From Candidatus Avilachnospira avistercoris (GTDB lineage Bacteria; Bacillota; Clostridia; Lachnospirales; Lachnospiraceae): DNA of 62,239 bases. Where the stretch lies: the NCBI GenBank assembly GCA_018714145.1, contig DVNS01000130.1, forward strand, positions 1 to 62,239. The letters run 5' to 3'. The position numbers and the translations under genes are program-made. Each line of letters starts with the position of its first letter. The stretch's first letter is position 1. Below, piece after piece: positions 1 to 11,040 of this stretch. The notes below the pieces were generated by a model that saw nothing but the letters and a program-made list of their open reading frames with translations, made no database searches and was not told where the DNA came from.

Positions 1-89
1 CCGGGGAAAGCCCGCGTATGGAGACCTTGAAGGCCGGTCGCCGCAAAGCTCGCTTGGAGCATGAATAAGCAAAGTATTACTGAAGGATA

Positions 90-752
90 ATGGAAAGGCA
101 TTTGATGATAAAGGACCTGAAACAGTTTATAAGCACATATAGGTACAGTCTGCTGCTTTTATATCTTCCGCTGTATCTGGCAGCATTTTTTATAATAGAC
201 AATATACCGGCAGAGCATTATATCATAAGCTGTCCGCTGGATGAGTTCATACCGTTTAACCAGTATATGATCATACCCTATGCCATATGGTATGCGTGGT
301 TTCCGGGCTGGCTTTTGTTTTTCCTGCTTCGTTCCGGAGAGGAATTTAAAAGGCTTGCGGTGGTGATGTTTTCGGGCATGACCATATCCCTTATCATATA
401 TGTGGTATGGCCCAATGGGATAGACCTGAGGGAGCCCATAACCGGTACGGACGTATGCTCAAGTATGCTTAAGCTGCTTCGGAGCGTGGATACGCCCTAT
501 GGGGTCTGTCCCTCCATACACATCTCATCTATCATGGCCATAGCTCTGGTCATACAGGATTCAAAGCTTCCGGTATTTACCGATACTGCCAAGGCCTACT
601 GTATAGTCATAGCCCTGATGATAGCCTATGCCACCATGGCTACGAAGCAGCACAGCATAGTGGACGTGGCGGCAGGAGCATTGCTTTCAGTGGTGCTTTA
701 CTATATTTATCCCGCTGTATATAAGAGATGGAAGTGGCTTAGGGAGCTTTAA
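90..752 (+). CDS. PAP2-superfamily-like polytopic membrane protein (lipid phosphatase/phosphotransferase family)
   Basis: 220-aa ORF with about 6 hydrophobic segments. C-terminal half has PAP2-like motifs (CPSIHISS, then [11 protein letters not shown] with H-x3-D). Confidence 0.55.
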   Translation: MERHLMIKDLKQFISTYRYSLLLLYLPLYLAAFFIIDNIPAEHYIISCPLDEFIPFNQYMIIPYAIWYAWFPGWLLFFLLRSGEEFKRLAVVMFSGMTISLIIYVVWPNGIDLREPITGTDVCSSMLKLLRSVDTPYGVCPSIHISSIMAIALVIQDSKLPVFTDTAKAYCIVIALMIAYATMATKQHSIVDVAAGALLSVVLYYIYPAVYKRWKWLREL

Positions 753-792
753 GTTTAGACATTTTACAACTTTTTTTGCAAAAGAGGATGAT

Positions 793-3633
793 ATGGCAAA
801 ACAATTTATAAAAATAAGGGGTGCTTCCGAGCATAACCTTAAAAATATAGACTTAGACATACCCAGAGATGAGTTGGTGGTGCTTACGGGCCTTTCTGGC
901 TCCGGAAAGTCCTCCCTTGCCTTTGATACCATATATGCGGAGGGACAGCGGCGCTACATGGAGTCCCTTTCCTCCTATGCAAGGCAGTTCCTTGGGCAGA
1001 TGGAAAAGCCGAATGTGGAGAGCATAGAGGGTCTGAGCCCTGCCATAAGCATAGACCAGAAGTCCACGAACCACAATCCGAGGTCCACGGTCGGGACCGT
1101 GACGGAGATATATGATTACCTGAGGCTCCTTTATGCAAGGATAGGCATACCCCATTGTCCGAAGTGCGGAAGGGAGATAAAGCGTCAGACAGTGGACGAG
1201 ATGGCTGATGCTGTCATGAGGCTTCCCGAGGGCACGAGGATACAGCTCCTTTCTCCGGTGGTAAGGGGCAGGAAGGGTGAGCATGTGAAGCTCCTTGAGC
1301 AGGCAAGACGCTCGGGCTATGTGAGGGTACGCATAGACGGGAGCCTGTACGAGCTTTCCGAGGAGATAAAGCTTGATAAAAATATCAAGCATAATATCGA
1401 GATTGTGGTGGACAGACTGATAGTAAGGGAAGGCATAACCCAGAGGCTGACGGATTCCATCGAGAATGTCCTGAGCCTTTCGGGGGGACTTATGATAGTG
1501 GATATCATAGGAGGAGAGGCTCTTACCTTTTCCCAGAATTTTGCCTGTCCTGACTGCGGTATCAGCATAGAGGAGATAGAGCCGAGGTCATTTTCCTTCA
1601 ACAATCCTTATGGGGCCTGCCCTGAGTGCTACGGCCTTGGCTATAAGATGGAATTTGACGTAGAACTCATGATACCGGATACATCCCTGAGCCTTAACCA
1701 AGGGGCCATATCGGTCATGGGCTGGCAGTCCAGCGGCCAGAAGGGCTCCTATACCCATGCCATGCTGGAGGCCCTTTCAAAGGAATATGATTTCAGTCTG
1801 GACACGCCCTTTTGCGAGCTTGCTGAGGACATAAGGGACATCATCATAAACGGTACAAAGGGACATAAGGTAAGGGTCTATTATGAGAGCCAGTTCGGCA
1901 GGGGCAGCGTCCATGACGTGGCCTTTGAGGGACTGCTTGAAAATATAAAGCGCCGCTATAGGGAGGCCTATTCGGCGGATATGAAGGCAGCCTATGAGGA
2001 ATATATGAGGAAGGACACCTGTCCCCTCTGCAAGGGCAAGAGGCTTAAGGCCTCCTCCTTGGCTGTGACTGTTGGAGATGAAAATATCTTTGACATCACC
2101 AACACCTCCATCAGGGTATTCAGGGATAAGATAAGCTCCCTTGTGCTGTCGGATTTTCAGAAGCAGGTCGGAGCCCTGATACTTAAGGAGATAAATGCAA
2201 GGGTGAGCTTCCTCATAGATGTGGGACTTGATTACCTGTCTTTGTCGAGGGCCACAGGTACCCTGTCCGGCGGAGAAGCTCAGCGCATCAGGCTCGCCAC
2301 CCAGATAGGCTCGGGCCTTGTAGGAGTGGCCTACATCCTTGACGAACCTTCCATAGGCCTTCATCAGCGGGACAACGACAGGCTGCTCTCGACCCTTAAG
2401 AGACTTCGTGACCTTGGCAATTCGGTCATCGTGGTGGAACATGATGAGGATACCATGAGGGCTGCGGACTATGTGGTGGATATCGGCCCCGGAGCCGGAG
2501 AGCATGGAGGCTATGTGGTGGCAGCGGGGACTGCCGAGGAGATAATGAAGTGCCCTGAGTCCATAACGGGACAGTATCTTTCCGGAAAGCTCCGCATACC
2601 GGTACCGGATAAGCGGAGGGAGCCAAAGGGCTGGATAACCATCAGGGATGCCTATGAAAATAATCTCAAGCACATAGATGTGAATATACCGACGGGGGTA
2701 TTTACCTGTGTCACCGGTGTTTCAGGCTCGGGCAAGTCCTCCCTGATAAATGAGATACTTTATAAATCCCTTGCAAGGAAGCTGAATAGGGCAAAGATTA
2801 TCCCCGGAAGGCATGGCTCCATCGAGGGCACGGAGCAGCTCGATAAGATAATCGCCATAGACCAGAGCCCCATCGGAAGGACTCCCAGATCCAATCCCGC
2901 CACCTATACCGGTGTTTTCGATATGATAAGGGAGCTCTTTGCCTCTACCTCTGATGCAAAGATGAGGGGCTATACCAAGGGAAGATTTTCCTTCAATGTG
3001 AAGGGCGGACGTTGTGAGGCCTGCTCGGGAGATGGTATAATCAAGATAGAGATGCACTTCCTGCCGGATGTGTATGTGCCCTGCGAGGTCTGCGGAGGAA
3101 AGCGCTATAACAGGGAGACCCTTGAGGTAAAGTACAAGGGCAAGTCCATATACGACGTGCTGGATATGACCGTGGAGGAGGCACTCAGATTTTTTGAAAA
3201 TGTCCCCTCCATAGAGCGTAAGATACAGACCCTTTATGATGTGGGCCTTTCCTATATCAAGCTGGGACAGCCGAGCACTGAGCTCTCCGGAGGTGAGGCC
3301 CAGCGTATCAAGTTGGCTACGGAGCTCTCAAGAAGGAGCACGGGGCGCACCATCTATGTGCTGGATGAGCCTACCACAGGACTTCATTTTGCGGATGTCC
3401 ATAAGCTGATAAATATCCTTCAGCGCCTGAGCGAGGGAGGAAATACAGTCGTAGTCATAGAACACAATCTGGATGTCATAAAGACGGCAGACTATATCAT
3501 AGATATGGGGCCTGAGGGAGGAGACGGCGGAGGCACCGTCGTGGCACAGGGCACACCGGAGGAGATATGCAGGGTAAAGGAGAGTTTTACCGGCAAATAC
3601 CTTAAGCCCTATCTTGACAGGCAGAAGCCCTGA
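793..3633 (+). CDS. uvrA: excinuclease ABC subunit A
   Basis: 946 aa. Two ABC modules (Walker [10 protein letters not shown] and GVSGSGKSS; LSGGEAQR signature twice) and CxxC zinc-finger pairs. Full-length UvrA architecture. Confidence 0.97.
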   Translation: MAKQFIKIRGASEHNLKNIDLDIPRDELVVLTGLSGSGKSSLAFDTIYAEGQRRYMESLSSYARQFLGQMEKPNVESIEGLSPAISIDQKSTNHNPRSTVGTVTEIYDYLRLLYARIGIPHCPKCGREIKRQTVDEMADAVMRLPEGTRIQLLSPVVRGRKGEHVKLLEQARRSGYVRVRIDGSLYELSEEIKLDKNIKHNIEIVVDRLIVREGITQRLTDSIENVLSLSGGLMIVDIIGGEALTFSQNFACPDCGISIEEIEPRSFSFNNPYGACPECYGLGYKMEFDVELMIPDTSLSLNQGAISVMGWQSSGQKGSYTHAMLEALSKEYDFSLDTPFCELAEDIRDIIINGTKGHKVRVYYESQFGRGSVHDVAFEGLLENIKRRYREAYSADMKAAYEEYMRKDTCPLCKGKRLKASSLAVTVGDENIFDITNTSIRVFRDKISSLVLSDFQKQVGALILKEINARVSFLIDVGLDYLSLSRATGTLSGGEAQRIRLATQIGSGLVGVAYILDEPSIGLHQRDNDRLLSTLKRLRDLGNSVIVVEHDEDTMRAADYVVDIGPGAGEHGGYVVAAGTAEEIMKCPESITGQYLSGKLRIPVPDKRREPKGWITIRDAYENNLKHIDVNIPTGVFTCVTGVSGSGKSSLINEILYKSLARKLNRAKIIPGRHGSIEGTEQLDKIIAIDQSPIGRTPRSNPATYTGVFDMIRELFASTSDAKMRGYTKGRFSFNVKGGRCEACSGDGIIKIEMHFLPDVYVPCEVCGGKRYNRETLEVKYKGKSIYDVLDMTVEEALRFFENVPSIERKIQTLYDVGLSYIKLGQPSTELSGGEAQRIKLATELSRRSTGRTIYVLDEPTTGLHFADVHKLINILQRLSEGGNTVVVIEHNLDVIKTADYIIDMGPEGGDGGGTVVAQGTPEEICRVKESFTGKYLKPYLDRQKP

Positions 3634-3745
3634 TGGGAGCTGAGCCCTGAAAGGCAGGGCTGCACATGAGAAGCTGCAGCAGGCCAAAGAACTGGCAGAG
3701 CCTACGGCGGGCTTAGGCCATTAAAGGATAGACTGTTTTTGAAGC

Positions 3746-4279
3746 ATGAAATATACCGAAGACGAAAAATACATGAGGGAGGCCATAAGGCTTGCAAAGA
3801 AGGCCTATGCCATAAGGGAGGTCCCCATAGGCTGTGTCATAGTCTATGACGGCAAGATCATAGGCCGGGGCTATAATCAGCGCACAAAAAAGGGCAATGT
3901 GCTTTACCATGGCGAGATCATAGCCATCAATAAGGCCTGTAAGTATATGGGTGACTGGCGCCTTGAAAAATGCACGCTGTATGTGACCTTGGAACCCTGC
4001 CCCATGTGTGCCGGAGCCATAGTTCAGGCCCGCATACCCCGGGTGGTAATCGGCTGCATGAATCCCAAGGCAGGCTGTGCAGGCTCGGTCATGGATATGT
4101 TTTCTCAGGAGGGGCTCAATCATCAGGTAGAAAAGACCATCGGGATATTTGGCCCGGAATGCTCATCATTGATGAAGAGCTTCTTTAAGGACGTGAGGGA
4201 CGGCAGGTTCCCGAGGGAGCGACGCATGATACCCCTTGCAGAGGAGCTTAAGGCTAAGGCGGCAGAGGAGGAACCCTGA
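3746..4279 (+). CDS. tadA: tRNA adenosine(34) deaminase
   Basis: CMP/dCMP-type deaminase zinc motifs HGEIIAI and PCPMCAGA. Size 177 aa and position next to replication genes fit TadA. Confidence 0.9.
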   Translation: MKYTEDEKYMREAIRLAKKAYAIREVPIGCVIVYDGKIIGRGYNQRTKKGNVLYHGEIIAINKACKYMGDWRLEKCTLYVTLEPCPMCAGAIVQARIPRVVIGCMNPKAGCAGSVMDMFSQEGLNHQVEKTIGIFGPECSSLMKSFFKDVRDGRFPRERRMIPLAEELKAKAAEEEP

Positions 4280-4429
4280 GCTTTAGAAGGCAAAGGAGAG
4301 CATTTGCCGAGGCGTATACGTTGGACCGATGCCTCAGGCGCCCTTGAAGCGTCATTATTTGCTGAGGCCTATGCCTCGGACTGCTGCCGCAGGTCCCTTT
4401 GGCAGCAAAGCTTGCAGGAGGTAAGCAGC

Positions 4430-7400
4430 TTGTCATTTACCCACCTACATCTTCATACCCAGTACTCGCTGCTGGATGGCTCCGGAAGGATACCGGAGCT
4501 CATTTCCCATGCAAAGGAGCTGGGACAGGACTCCATAGCCATCACCGACCATGGAGCCATGTACGGGGTCATAGACTTTTATAAGGAGGCCAAGAAGCAG
4601 GGCATAAAGCCCATACTTGGCTGTGAGGTCTATGTGACCGGCGGCTCCCGCTTCGATAAGGAAAAAAATGCCAATGAGAGCCTCTACCATCATCTGGTGC
4701 TGCTCTGCGAAAACAATGAGGGCTACCATAATCTGATGAAACTGGTGTCTAGGGGCTTTACCGAGGGCTATTATTATCGGCCGAGGGTAGATATGGAGCT
4801 TCTGAGGCGTTATCATAAGGGCCTCATCGCCTCATCCGCCTGTCTCGCAGGAGAGATACCTAAGCTCCTCATACGCAATATGTACGATGAGGCAAGGGAG
4901 GCGGCCTTAAGATATGTGGAGATATTTGGCGAAGGCAATTTCTTCCTTGAGCTTCAGGACCATGGCTATGAGGACCAGCGCTATGTAAACCCGAGCATCC
5001 TAAGGCTCTCAAAGGAGCTGTCCATACCCCTTATAGCGACCAATGACGTGCATTATACCTATAAGGAGGATGCGGAGGCCCATGATATACTGCTCTGCAT
5101 ACAGACCGGAAAAAAGGTCGCTGATAAGGACAGGATGCGCTATCCGGGAGGGCAGTTCTATCTTAAGAGCGAGGAGGAGATGCGGGAGCTCTTTAAGTAT
5201 GCTCCCGAGGCCATAGACAATACCCAGAGGATAGCCGAGCGCTGCAATGTGGATATTGAATTCGGCGTGACGAAGCTGCCTCATTTTGATGTGCCGGGGG
5301 GCTACGATGCCAAGAGCTATCTGAGGGAGCTTTGCTATAAGGGACTTGAGGAGCGCTACGGTGATAGGGCGGAGGAGCTTAAGGAGCGGCTTTTCTATGA
5401 GCTTTCCGTCATAGAGCGTATGGGCTATGTGGATTATTTTCTCATAGTTTCTGATTTCATAAATTATGCAAAGAAAAGGGGCATACCGGTGGGCCCGGGA
5501 AGGGGCTCAGCTGCAGGCTCCATAGTGGCCTATGCCCTTAAGATAACGAATATAGACCCGATAAAGTATGACCTGCTGTTTGAGCGCTTCCTGAATCCTG
5601 AGCGAGTGTCCATGCCGGATATAGACGTGGACTTCTGCTATGAGCGCAGGGAAGAGGTCATAGATTATGTGGTCAACAAATACGGACATGAAAACGTGGC
5701 CCAGATAATAACCTTCGGTACCCTTGCTGCAAGAGGTGTGGTAAGGGACGTGGGCAGGGTCCTTGATATAAATTATGCTGAGTGCGACAGGATAGCCAAG
5801 ATGATACCTCAGGAGCTTGGCATGACCCTTACCAAGGCCCTTGAGACACCGGACCTTAAGCTGGCCTACCAGAGCGATGAGCGGATAAAATATCTCATAG
5901 ATATGTCCCTCAGGCTTGAGGGCCTTCCGAGACATTCCAGCACCCATGCGGCAGGAGTCCTGATAGCAGCCAAAAACGTAGATGAATACGTGCCGCTGTC
6001 ACGAAATCCGGATGGTACCATCGTGACTCAGTTCGGCATGGTGACCTTGGAAGAACTGGGGCTCCTTAAGATGGATTTTCTGGGGCTCAGGACTCTCACC
6101 GTCATTAAAAATGCGGTGGACCAGATAGAAAAGAATCATGGGGTAAAGATAGACATAGATGCCCTCGATGAGGATGATAAAAATATCTTTGACATGATAT
6201 CGAGGGGAGATACGGTAGGCATATTCCAGCTTGAGTCTGCCGGCATGACCTCCTTCATGAAGGAGCTAAAGCCCTCATCCATAGATGATATCATAGCCGG
6301 CATTGCCCTCTACAGGCCCGGCCCCATGGATTTCATTCCAAGGTATATCAAGGGCAAGAAAAATGCTTCTGATGTAAGCTATGAATGCAGGGAACTGGAG
6401 CCCATACTTAAGAGCACCTATGGTTGTATAGTCTATCAGGAGCAGGTCATGCAGATAGTCCAGAGCCTTGCGGGCTACAGCCTCGGCAGGGCGGATCTGG
6501 TGCGCAGGGCCATGTCCAAGAAAAAGGCCTCGGTCATGTTGAAGGAGAGACAGTACTTTGTATACGGCAATCCCGAGGAGGGAGTAAAGGGCTGTATAGC
6601 AAACGGCATACCGGAGGACGTGGCTAACCATATCTTTGACGAGATGACGGACTTTGCCTCCTATGCCTTCAACAAATCCCATGCGGCCTGTTATGCCGTG
6701 GTGGCCTATCAGACAGCATGGCTGAAGTTCTATTATCCTGCTGAATTCATGGCGGCCCTTATGACCTCGGTCGTAGACATGCCCGGAAAGATATCCGAGT
6801 ATATCATCACCTCAAGGGCCATGGGGCTTAAGCTCCTGCCTCCGGATATCAATGAGGGCTCCTACGGCTTTACGGCGGATAAGGACGGCAACATACTCTT
6901 TGGTCTTTCTTCGATAAAGAGCATAGGCCGGGGCGTAGTGGATGACATAGTAAGGGAACGGGAGCAGGGCGGAAGGTTTACTGATTTTGAGGACCTGATA
7001 GAGCGGCTTCCCGCCTCCGCCAATAAAAAGGTGGTGGAGAACTTTATCAAGGCGGGAGCCTTTGACAAGCTTCCCGGAAACCGCCATCAGAAGCTCATCG
7101 TGGCTGAAAAGATGCTGGAGAATGCTCAGGAGCACAGAAAGTCCGACATAGCCGGACAGATGAGCCTTTTTGACCTTGCGGGAGAGGAGGAAAAGTCAGC
7201 CTATAAGGTAAAGCTTCCGGAGGTGGAGGAGTTCGATAAGGATATACTGCTCCAGTATGAGAAGGAGGCCGTGGGCATATATCTGAGCGGCCATCCCATG
7301 GAAAACTACATGGAGAGCATAAGGAGCATAGTCAATGCCTATTCCTCCCAGTATTATGCCGATGAAACCTCGGGAGGCTGCGAGCTCTCAGACGGGCAGC

Positions 7401-7885
7401 AGGTGGTAAGCGGCGGCATAGTCACTGAGATAAAGACCAAGATAACCAAAAACAATGCCCAGATGGCCTTCATCACCTTGGAGGATATCTATGGTCAGAT
7501 AGATGTGGTGGTATTTCCTAAGGTGTTTGAAAAATACAGGGCCTGTCTGTATCAGGATTCCAAGGTGTATGTAAAGGGTCATACCAGCATCGGCAGGGAT
7601 GACAATGCCTCCCTTATAGCTGATGAGATAACTCCCTTTGACATGACAAAAAAGCGGGTGTGGATAGCCTTTGCGGATAAGGCAGGCTACGACAGGGAAA
7701 AGAGCTGGCTTTCGGACCTTTGCTTCGAGACTCAGGGTAATGCTCCGGTCAGTATATACCTCCGCAGGGAACGGGCCATGAAGGAACTTCCGCCTGAGCT
7801 TAAGGTAGAACCCTCAGAGGCTTTCATGAAGGCGCTCAGGGATAGGCTCGGAGCTGAAAATGTAAGGCTTTCGGAGAAGCTTTAG
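4430..7885 (+). CDS. dnaE: DNA polymerase III subunit alpha
   Basis: PHP N-terminus (HLHLHTQYSLLDGS), pol III alpha core and C-terminal OB fold. The ATG-delimited ORF opens at 4304. AGGAGG (4416-4421) followed 8 nt later by in-frame TTG 4430 gives the canonical N-terminus MSFTHLHLH, so the start call is uncertain. Confidence 0.93.
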   Translation: MSFTHLHLHTQYSLLDGSGRIPELISHAKELGQDSIAITDHGAMYGVIDFYKEAKKQGIKPILGCEVYVTGGSRFDKEKNANESLYHHLVLLCENNEGYHNLMKLVSRGFTEGYYYRPRVDMELLRRYHKGLIASSACLAGEIPKLLIRNMYDEAREAALRYVEIFGEGNFFLELQDHGYEDQRYVNPSILRLSKELSIPLIATNDVHYTYKEDAEAHDILLCIQTGKKVADKDRMRYPGGQFYLKSEEEMRELFKYAPEAIDNTQRIAERCNVDIEFGVTKLPHFDVPGGYDAKSYLRELCYKGLEERYGDRAEELKERLFYELSVIERMGYVDYFLIVSDFINYAKKRGIPVGPGRGSAAGSIVAYALKITNIDPIKYDLLFERFLNPERVSMPDIDVDFCYERREEVIDYVVNKYGHENVAQIITFGTLAARGVVRDVGRVLDINYAECDRIAKMIPQELGMTLTKALETPDLKLAYQSDERIKYLIDMSLRLEGLPRHSSTHAAGVLIAAKNVDEYVPLSRNPDGTIVTQFGMVTLEELGLLKMDFLGLRTLTVIKNAVDQIEKNHGVKIDIDALDEDDKNIFDMISRGDTVGIFQLESAGMTSFMKELKPSSIDDIIAGIALYRPGPMDFIPRYIKGKKNASDVSYECRELEPILKSTYGCIVYQEQVMQIVQSLAGYSLGRADLVRRAMSKKKASVMLKERQYFVYGNPEEGVKGCIANGIPEDVANHIFDEMTDFASYAFNKSHAACYAVVAYQTAWLKFYYPAEFMAALMTSVVDMPGKISEYIITSRAMGLKLLPPDINEGSYGFTADKDGNILFGLSSIKSIGRGVVDDIVREREQGGRFTDFEDLIERLPASANKKVVENFIKAGAFDKLPGNRHQKLIVAEKMLENAQEHRKSDIAGQMSLFDLAGEEEKSAYKVKLPEVEEFDKDILLQYEKEAVGIYLSGHPMENYMESIRSIVNAYSSQYYADETSGGCELSDGQQVVSGGIVTEIKTKITKNNAQMAFITLEDIYGQIDVVVFPKVFEKYRACLYQDSKVYVKGHTSIGRDDNASLIADEITPFDMTKKRVWIAFADKAGYDREKSWLSDLCFETQGNAPVSIYLRRERAMKELPPELKVEPSEAFMKALRDRLGAENVRLSEKL

Positions 7886-7919
7886 AGCTTACTGTTTACA
7901 TAAGTTTTTCCAAAAATGA

Positions 7920-7948
7920 TTGAAAGATTTGCCTTTATGATGTAAACT
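7920..7948 (+). promoter_or_regulatory. candidate sigma-A promoter for pfkA
   Basis: TTGAAA, 17 nt spacer, TAAACT. Lies in the 174-nt dnaE-pfkA spacer. Confidence 0.4.
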
Positions 7949-8044
7949 AAATAGTCGATCAAGGCAGAGAACATGGTCCTCCCCTGATCTAAGTATGTGA
8001 TTTGATAAGTAATATGATATTTTCCATGGGGCCTTGGGCCTTAA

Positions 8045-9037
<993 letters not shown>

Positions 9038-9073
9038 TAAGGGCCCTTCCTGCTGACGCTTTGCGGAGGATAT

Positions 9074-9412
9074 ATGGCGGACAGATACGAAGGCGGTATC
9101 CTTTGTGCCGCAAATTCGGCAAATATGCTGTTTTATTTCAATGAGGAGAAATACGGCATACTGCCGGAGGAGGTAAAAAAGGAGCTTAAGATACTGTGCG
9201 TGCTTTATTGCTCGGACGTGGGCGGCATCATCAGCATGGGTTTTTCTGAGGACCACAGGCTGATGATATCCACGATAGAGCCGATAGATGAGATCGGAGC
9301 TGAGCTTAAGATAGAGAAGATGCGCAGGGACAATGAGGAGCTATTTTCCATGCTGGAGGAATTTTCAAGGAAATTCTTTGGCGAGGAGACTTTTGAAGAG
9401 GACGAGATATAA
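9074..9412 (+). CDS. hypothetical small acidic protein
   Basis: 112-aa ORF with an acidic C-terminal half (EEFSRKFFGEETFEEDEI). Immediately followed by a terminator. No family recognised by eye. Confidence 0.5.
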   Translation: MADRYEGGILCAANSANMLFYFNEEKYGILPEEVKKELKILCVLYCSDVGGIISMGFSEDHRLMISTIEPIDEIGAELKIEKMRRDNEELFSMLEEFSRKFFGEETFEEDEI

Positions 9413-9415
9413 GCT

Positions 9416-9450
9416 ATGGACGGCAGTTAGCAAAGCCGTCCATATTTTAT
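9416..9450 (+). terminator. rho-independent terminator
   Basis: ATGGACGGC, 10-nt loop, GCCGTCCAT (9-bp stem), then ATTTTAT. Confidence 0.7.
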
Positions 9451-9465
9451 GACAGGGGAACAGAT

Positions 9466-10458
9466 TTGGGATTAAGGATAGGAAATGTTGAATTAAGCTC
9501 ACGGGTGCTGGCGGCTCCGATGGCAGGAGTGACCGACTATGCCTATAGGCGCATACTGCTTTCCATGGGAGCCGGACTTGTGACCACGGAGATGGTATCG
9601 GCAAAGGCCATACTTTATAAAAACAGGGGCAATGATATCATACTTAAAAATGACGAGGACATGCATCCCTCGGCGGTGCAGCTTTTTGGCTCGGACCCGA
9701 TGATCATGGCATCTCAGGCGGAGAAGGTCTGTGAGGACTATGACATAGTGGACGTCAATATGGGCTGCCCTGTGCCGAAGATAGTCGGAAATCATGAGGG
9801 CTCAGCCCTTATGAAGGATCCGGAGCTTGCATTCAGGATACTTGAGACCATGTGCAGGGTCCTAAAAAAGCCGGTAACGGTAAAGTTCAGAAAGGGCTTT
9901 GACGAGAAGCATATCAATGCGGTGGAATTTGCAAGGATGGCTGAGGAGGCAGGAGTCTCGGCCATCACCATACACGCAAGGACCAGAGAGCAGATGTACG
10001 GCGGAAAGGCAGACTGGTCCATCATAAGGGCGGTAAAGGAGGCGGTCCGCATACCGGTCATCGGAAACGGAGATATATTTGCCCCAGAGGATGCAGCTCG
10101 TATGATGGAGGAGACCGGCTGTGACGGTGTGGCCATAGGCCGGGGGCTCAAGGGAGACCCGTGGCTGATGAAGAGGACGGTGCATTATCTGGAGACCGGA
10201 GAGCTCCTTCCGAAACCATCGATGGAAGAAAGAATAGACATGATACTTAAGCATGCGGAGCTCATGACGTCCCATAAGGGAGAGCATACTGCCATGCTTG
10301 AGATGAGGAAGCACTTGGCTTGGTATACCTCCGGCATAAGGAATTCTGCAAGACTCAGGGGGGAGATAAACGAGCTTTCGGATATGGAGGAGCTGAAAAC
10401 CATGCTTTTAAGGCTTTCTGAGGCCTCGGAAGTGACGGAAGCAGTTGACAGTAAGTGA
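9466..10458 (+). CDS. dusB: tRNA dihydrouridine synthase
   Basis: LAPMAGVTD, DVNMGCP and HARTR motifs of the Dus family. TTG start 5 nt after AGGGGAA. Confidence 0.9.
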   Translation: MGLRIGNVELSSRVLAAPMAGVTDYAYRRILLSMGAGLVTTEMVSAKAILYKNRGNDIILKNDEDMHPSAVQLFGSDPMIMASQAEKVCEDYDIVDVNMGCPVPKIVGNHEGSALMKDPELAFRILETMCRVLKKPVTVKFRKGFDEKHINAVEFARMAEEAGVSAITIHARTREQMYGGKADWSIIRAVKEAVRIPVIGNGDIFAPEDAARMMEETGCDGVAIGRGLKGDPWLMKRTVHYLETGELLPKPSMEERIDMILKHAELMTSHKGEHTAMLEMRKHLAWYTSGIRNSARLRGEINELSDMEELKTMLLRLSEASEVTEAVDSK

Positions 10459-10515
10459 TACTGAGCTTATAATATTTGGGCATAAATTTTTGCATAAAAG
10501 GAGTGAAAGCATAAA

Positions 10516-11010
10516 ATGGCAGTAACAAAGACGATGCTTACTCTTGCAGGCCTCAAGAAGTATGAGGATGAGCTCCATGAGCTCAAGGTAGTACGCAGAC
10601 AGGAAGTGGCTCAGAAGATAAAGGTAGCAAGAGAACAGGGAGACCTCTCTGAGAATGCTGACTATGATGCGGCTAAGGATGAGCAGAGCGAGATCGAAAG
10701 ACGTATCCTCGAGCTTGAGCAGATACTTAAAAATGCTGAGGTCGTAGTGGATGAGGACTTTGATGCAGACAAGATAAATGTGGGCTGCACGGTGACCATC
10801 CGTGAGACGAGTCGCGGCATGGAGGCCACATATCATCTTGTGGGCTCTTCAGAGGCGGACAGCAGACAGAAAAAGATAAGCAATGAATCACCGGTAGGGG
10901 CCGCTCTTATGGGACACCGTAAGGGAGACATGGTAGAGGTACAGCTTCCCTCCGGAGCAGTCATGAATTATGAGATAATGGACGTAAAGAAGATGGATGA
11001 GGCTGCATAA
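10516..11010 (+). CDS. greA: transcription elongation factor GreA
   Basis: 164 aa. N-terminal coiled coil with DLSENADYDAAK, and a C-terminal FKBP-like Gre domain. Confidence 0.93.
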   Translation: MAVTKTMLTLAGLKKYEDELHELKVVRRQEVAQKIKVAREQGDLSENADYDAAKDEQSEIERRILELEQILKNAEVVVDEDFDADKINVGCTVTIRETSRGMEATYHLVGSSEADSRQKKISNESPVGAALMGHRKGDMVEVQLPSGAVMNYEIMDVKKMDEAA

Positions 11011-11040
11011 CAGCGGCTTTCATTTGAAGGGAGAGACGGT

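Noticed and set aside
1-68. 3' end of an upstream gene at the left edge
   Set aside because: Two forward frames remain open from base 1 (stops at 60-62 and 66-68). About 20 codons is too little to identify a product or choose a frame.
1777-2673. Long antisense ORFs opposite clearly conserved genes: 1777..2673, 7889..8824, 20761..21666, 26251..26994, 36481..37182, 44145..44726 and 44596..45294
   Set aside because: Each lies entirely within, and antisense to, a strongly conserved + strand gene (uvrA, pfkA, pyrD, ftsE, the THUMP methyltransferase or the deacetylase). Their compositions are Arg/Ser/Pro/His- or Leu/Tyr/Ile-skewed and they have no RBS. These are typical shadow ORFs.
4280-4429. SRP (4.5S/scRNA) gene after tadA
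   Set aside because: The superficially similar string GCAGGTCCCTTTGGCAGCAAAG does not match the conserved domain IV core (GGUCCGGAAGGAAGCAGC with a GNRA loop). The 150-nt space is also too short for the long Firmicutes SRP RNA.
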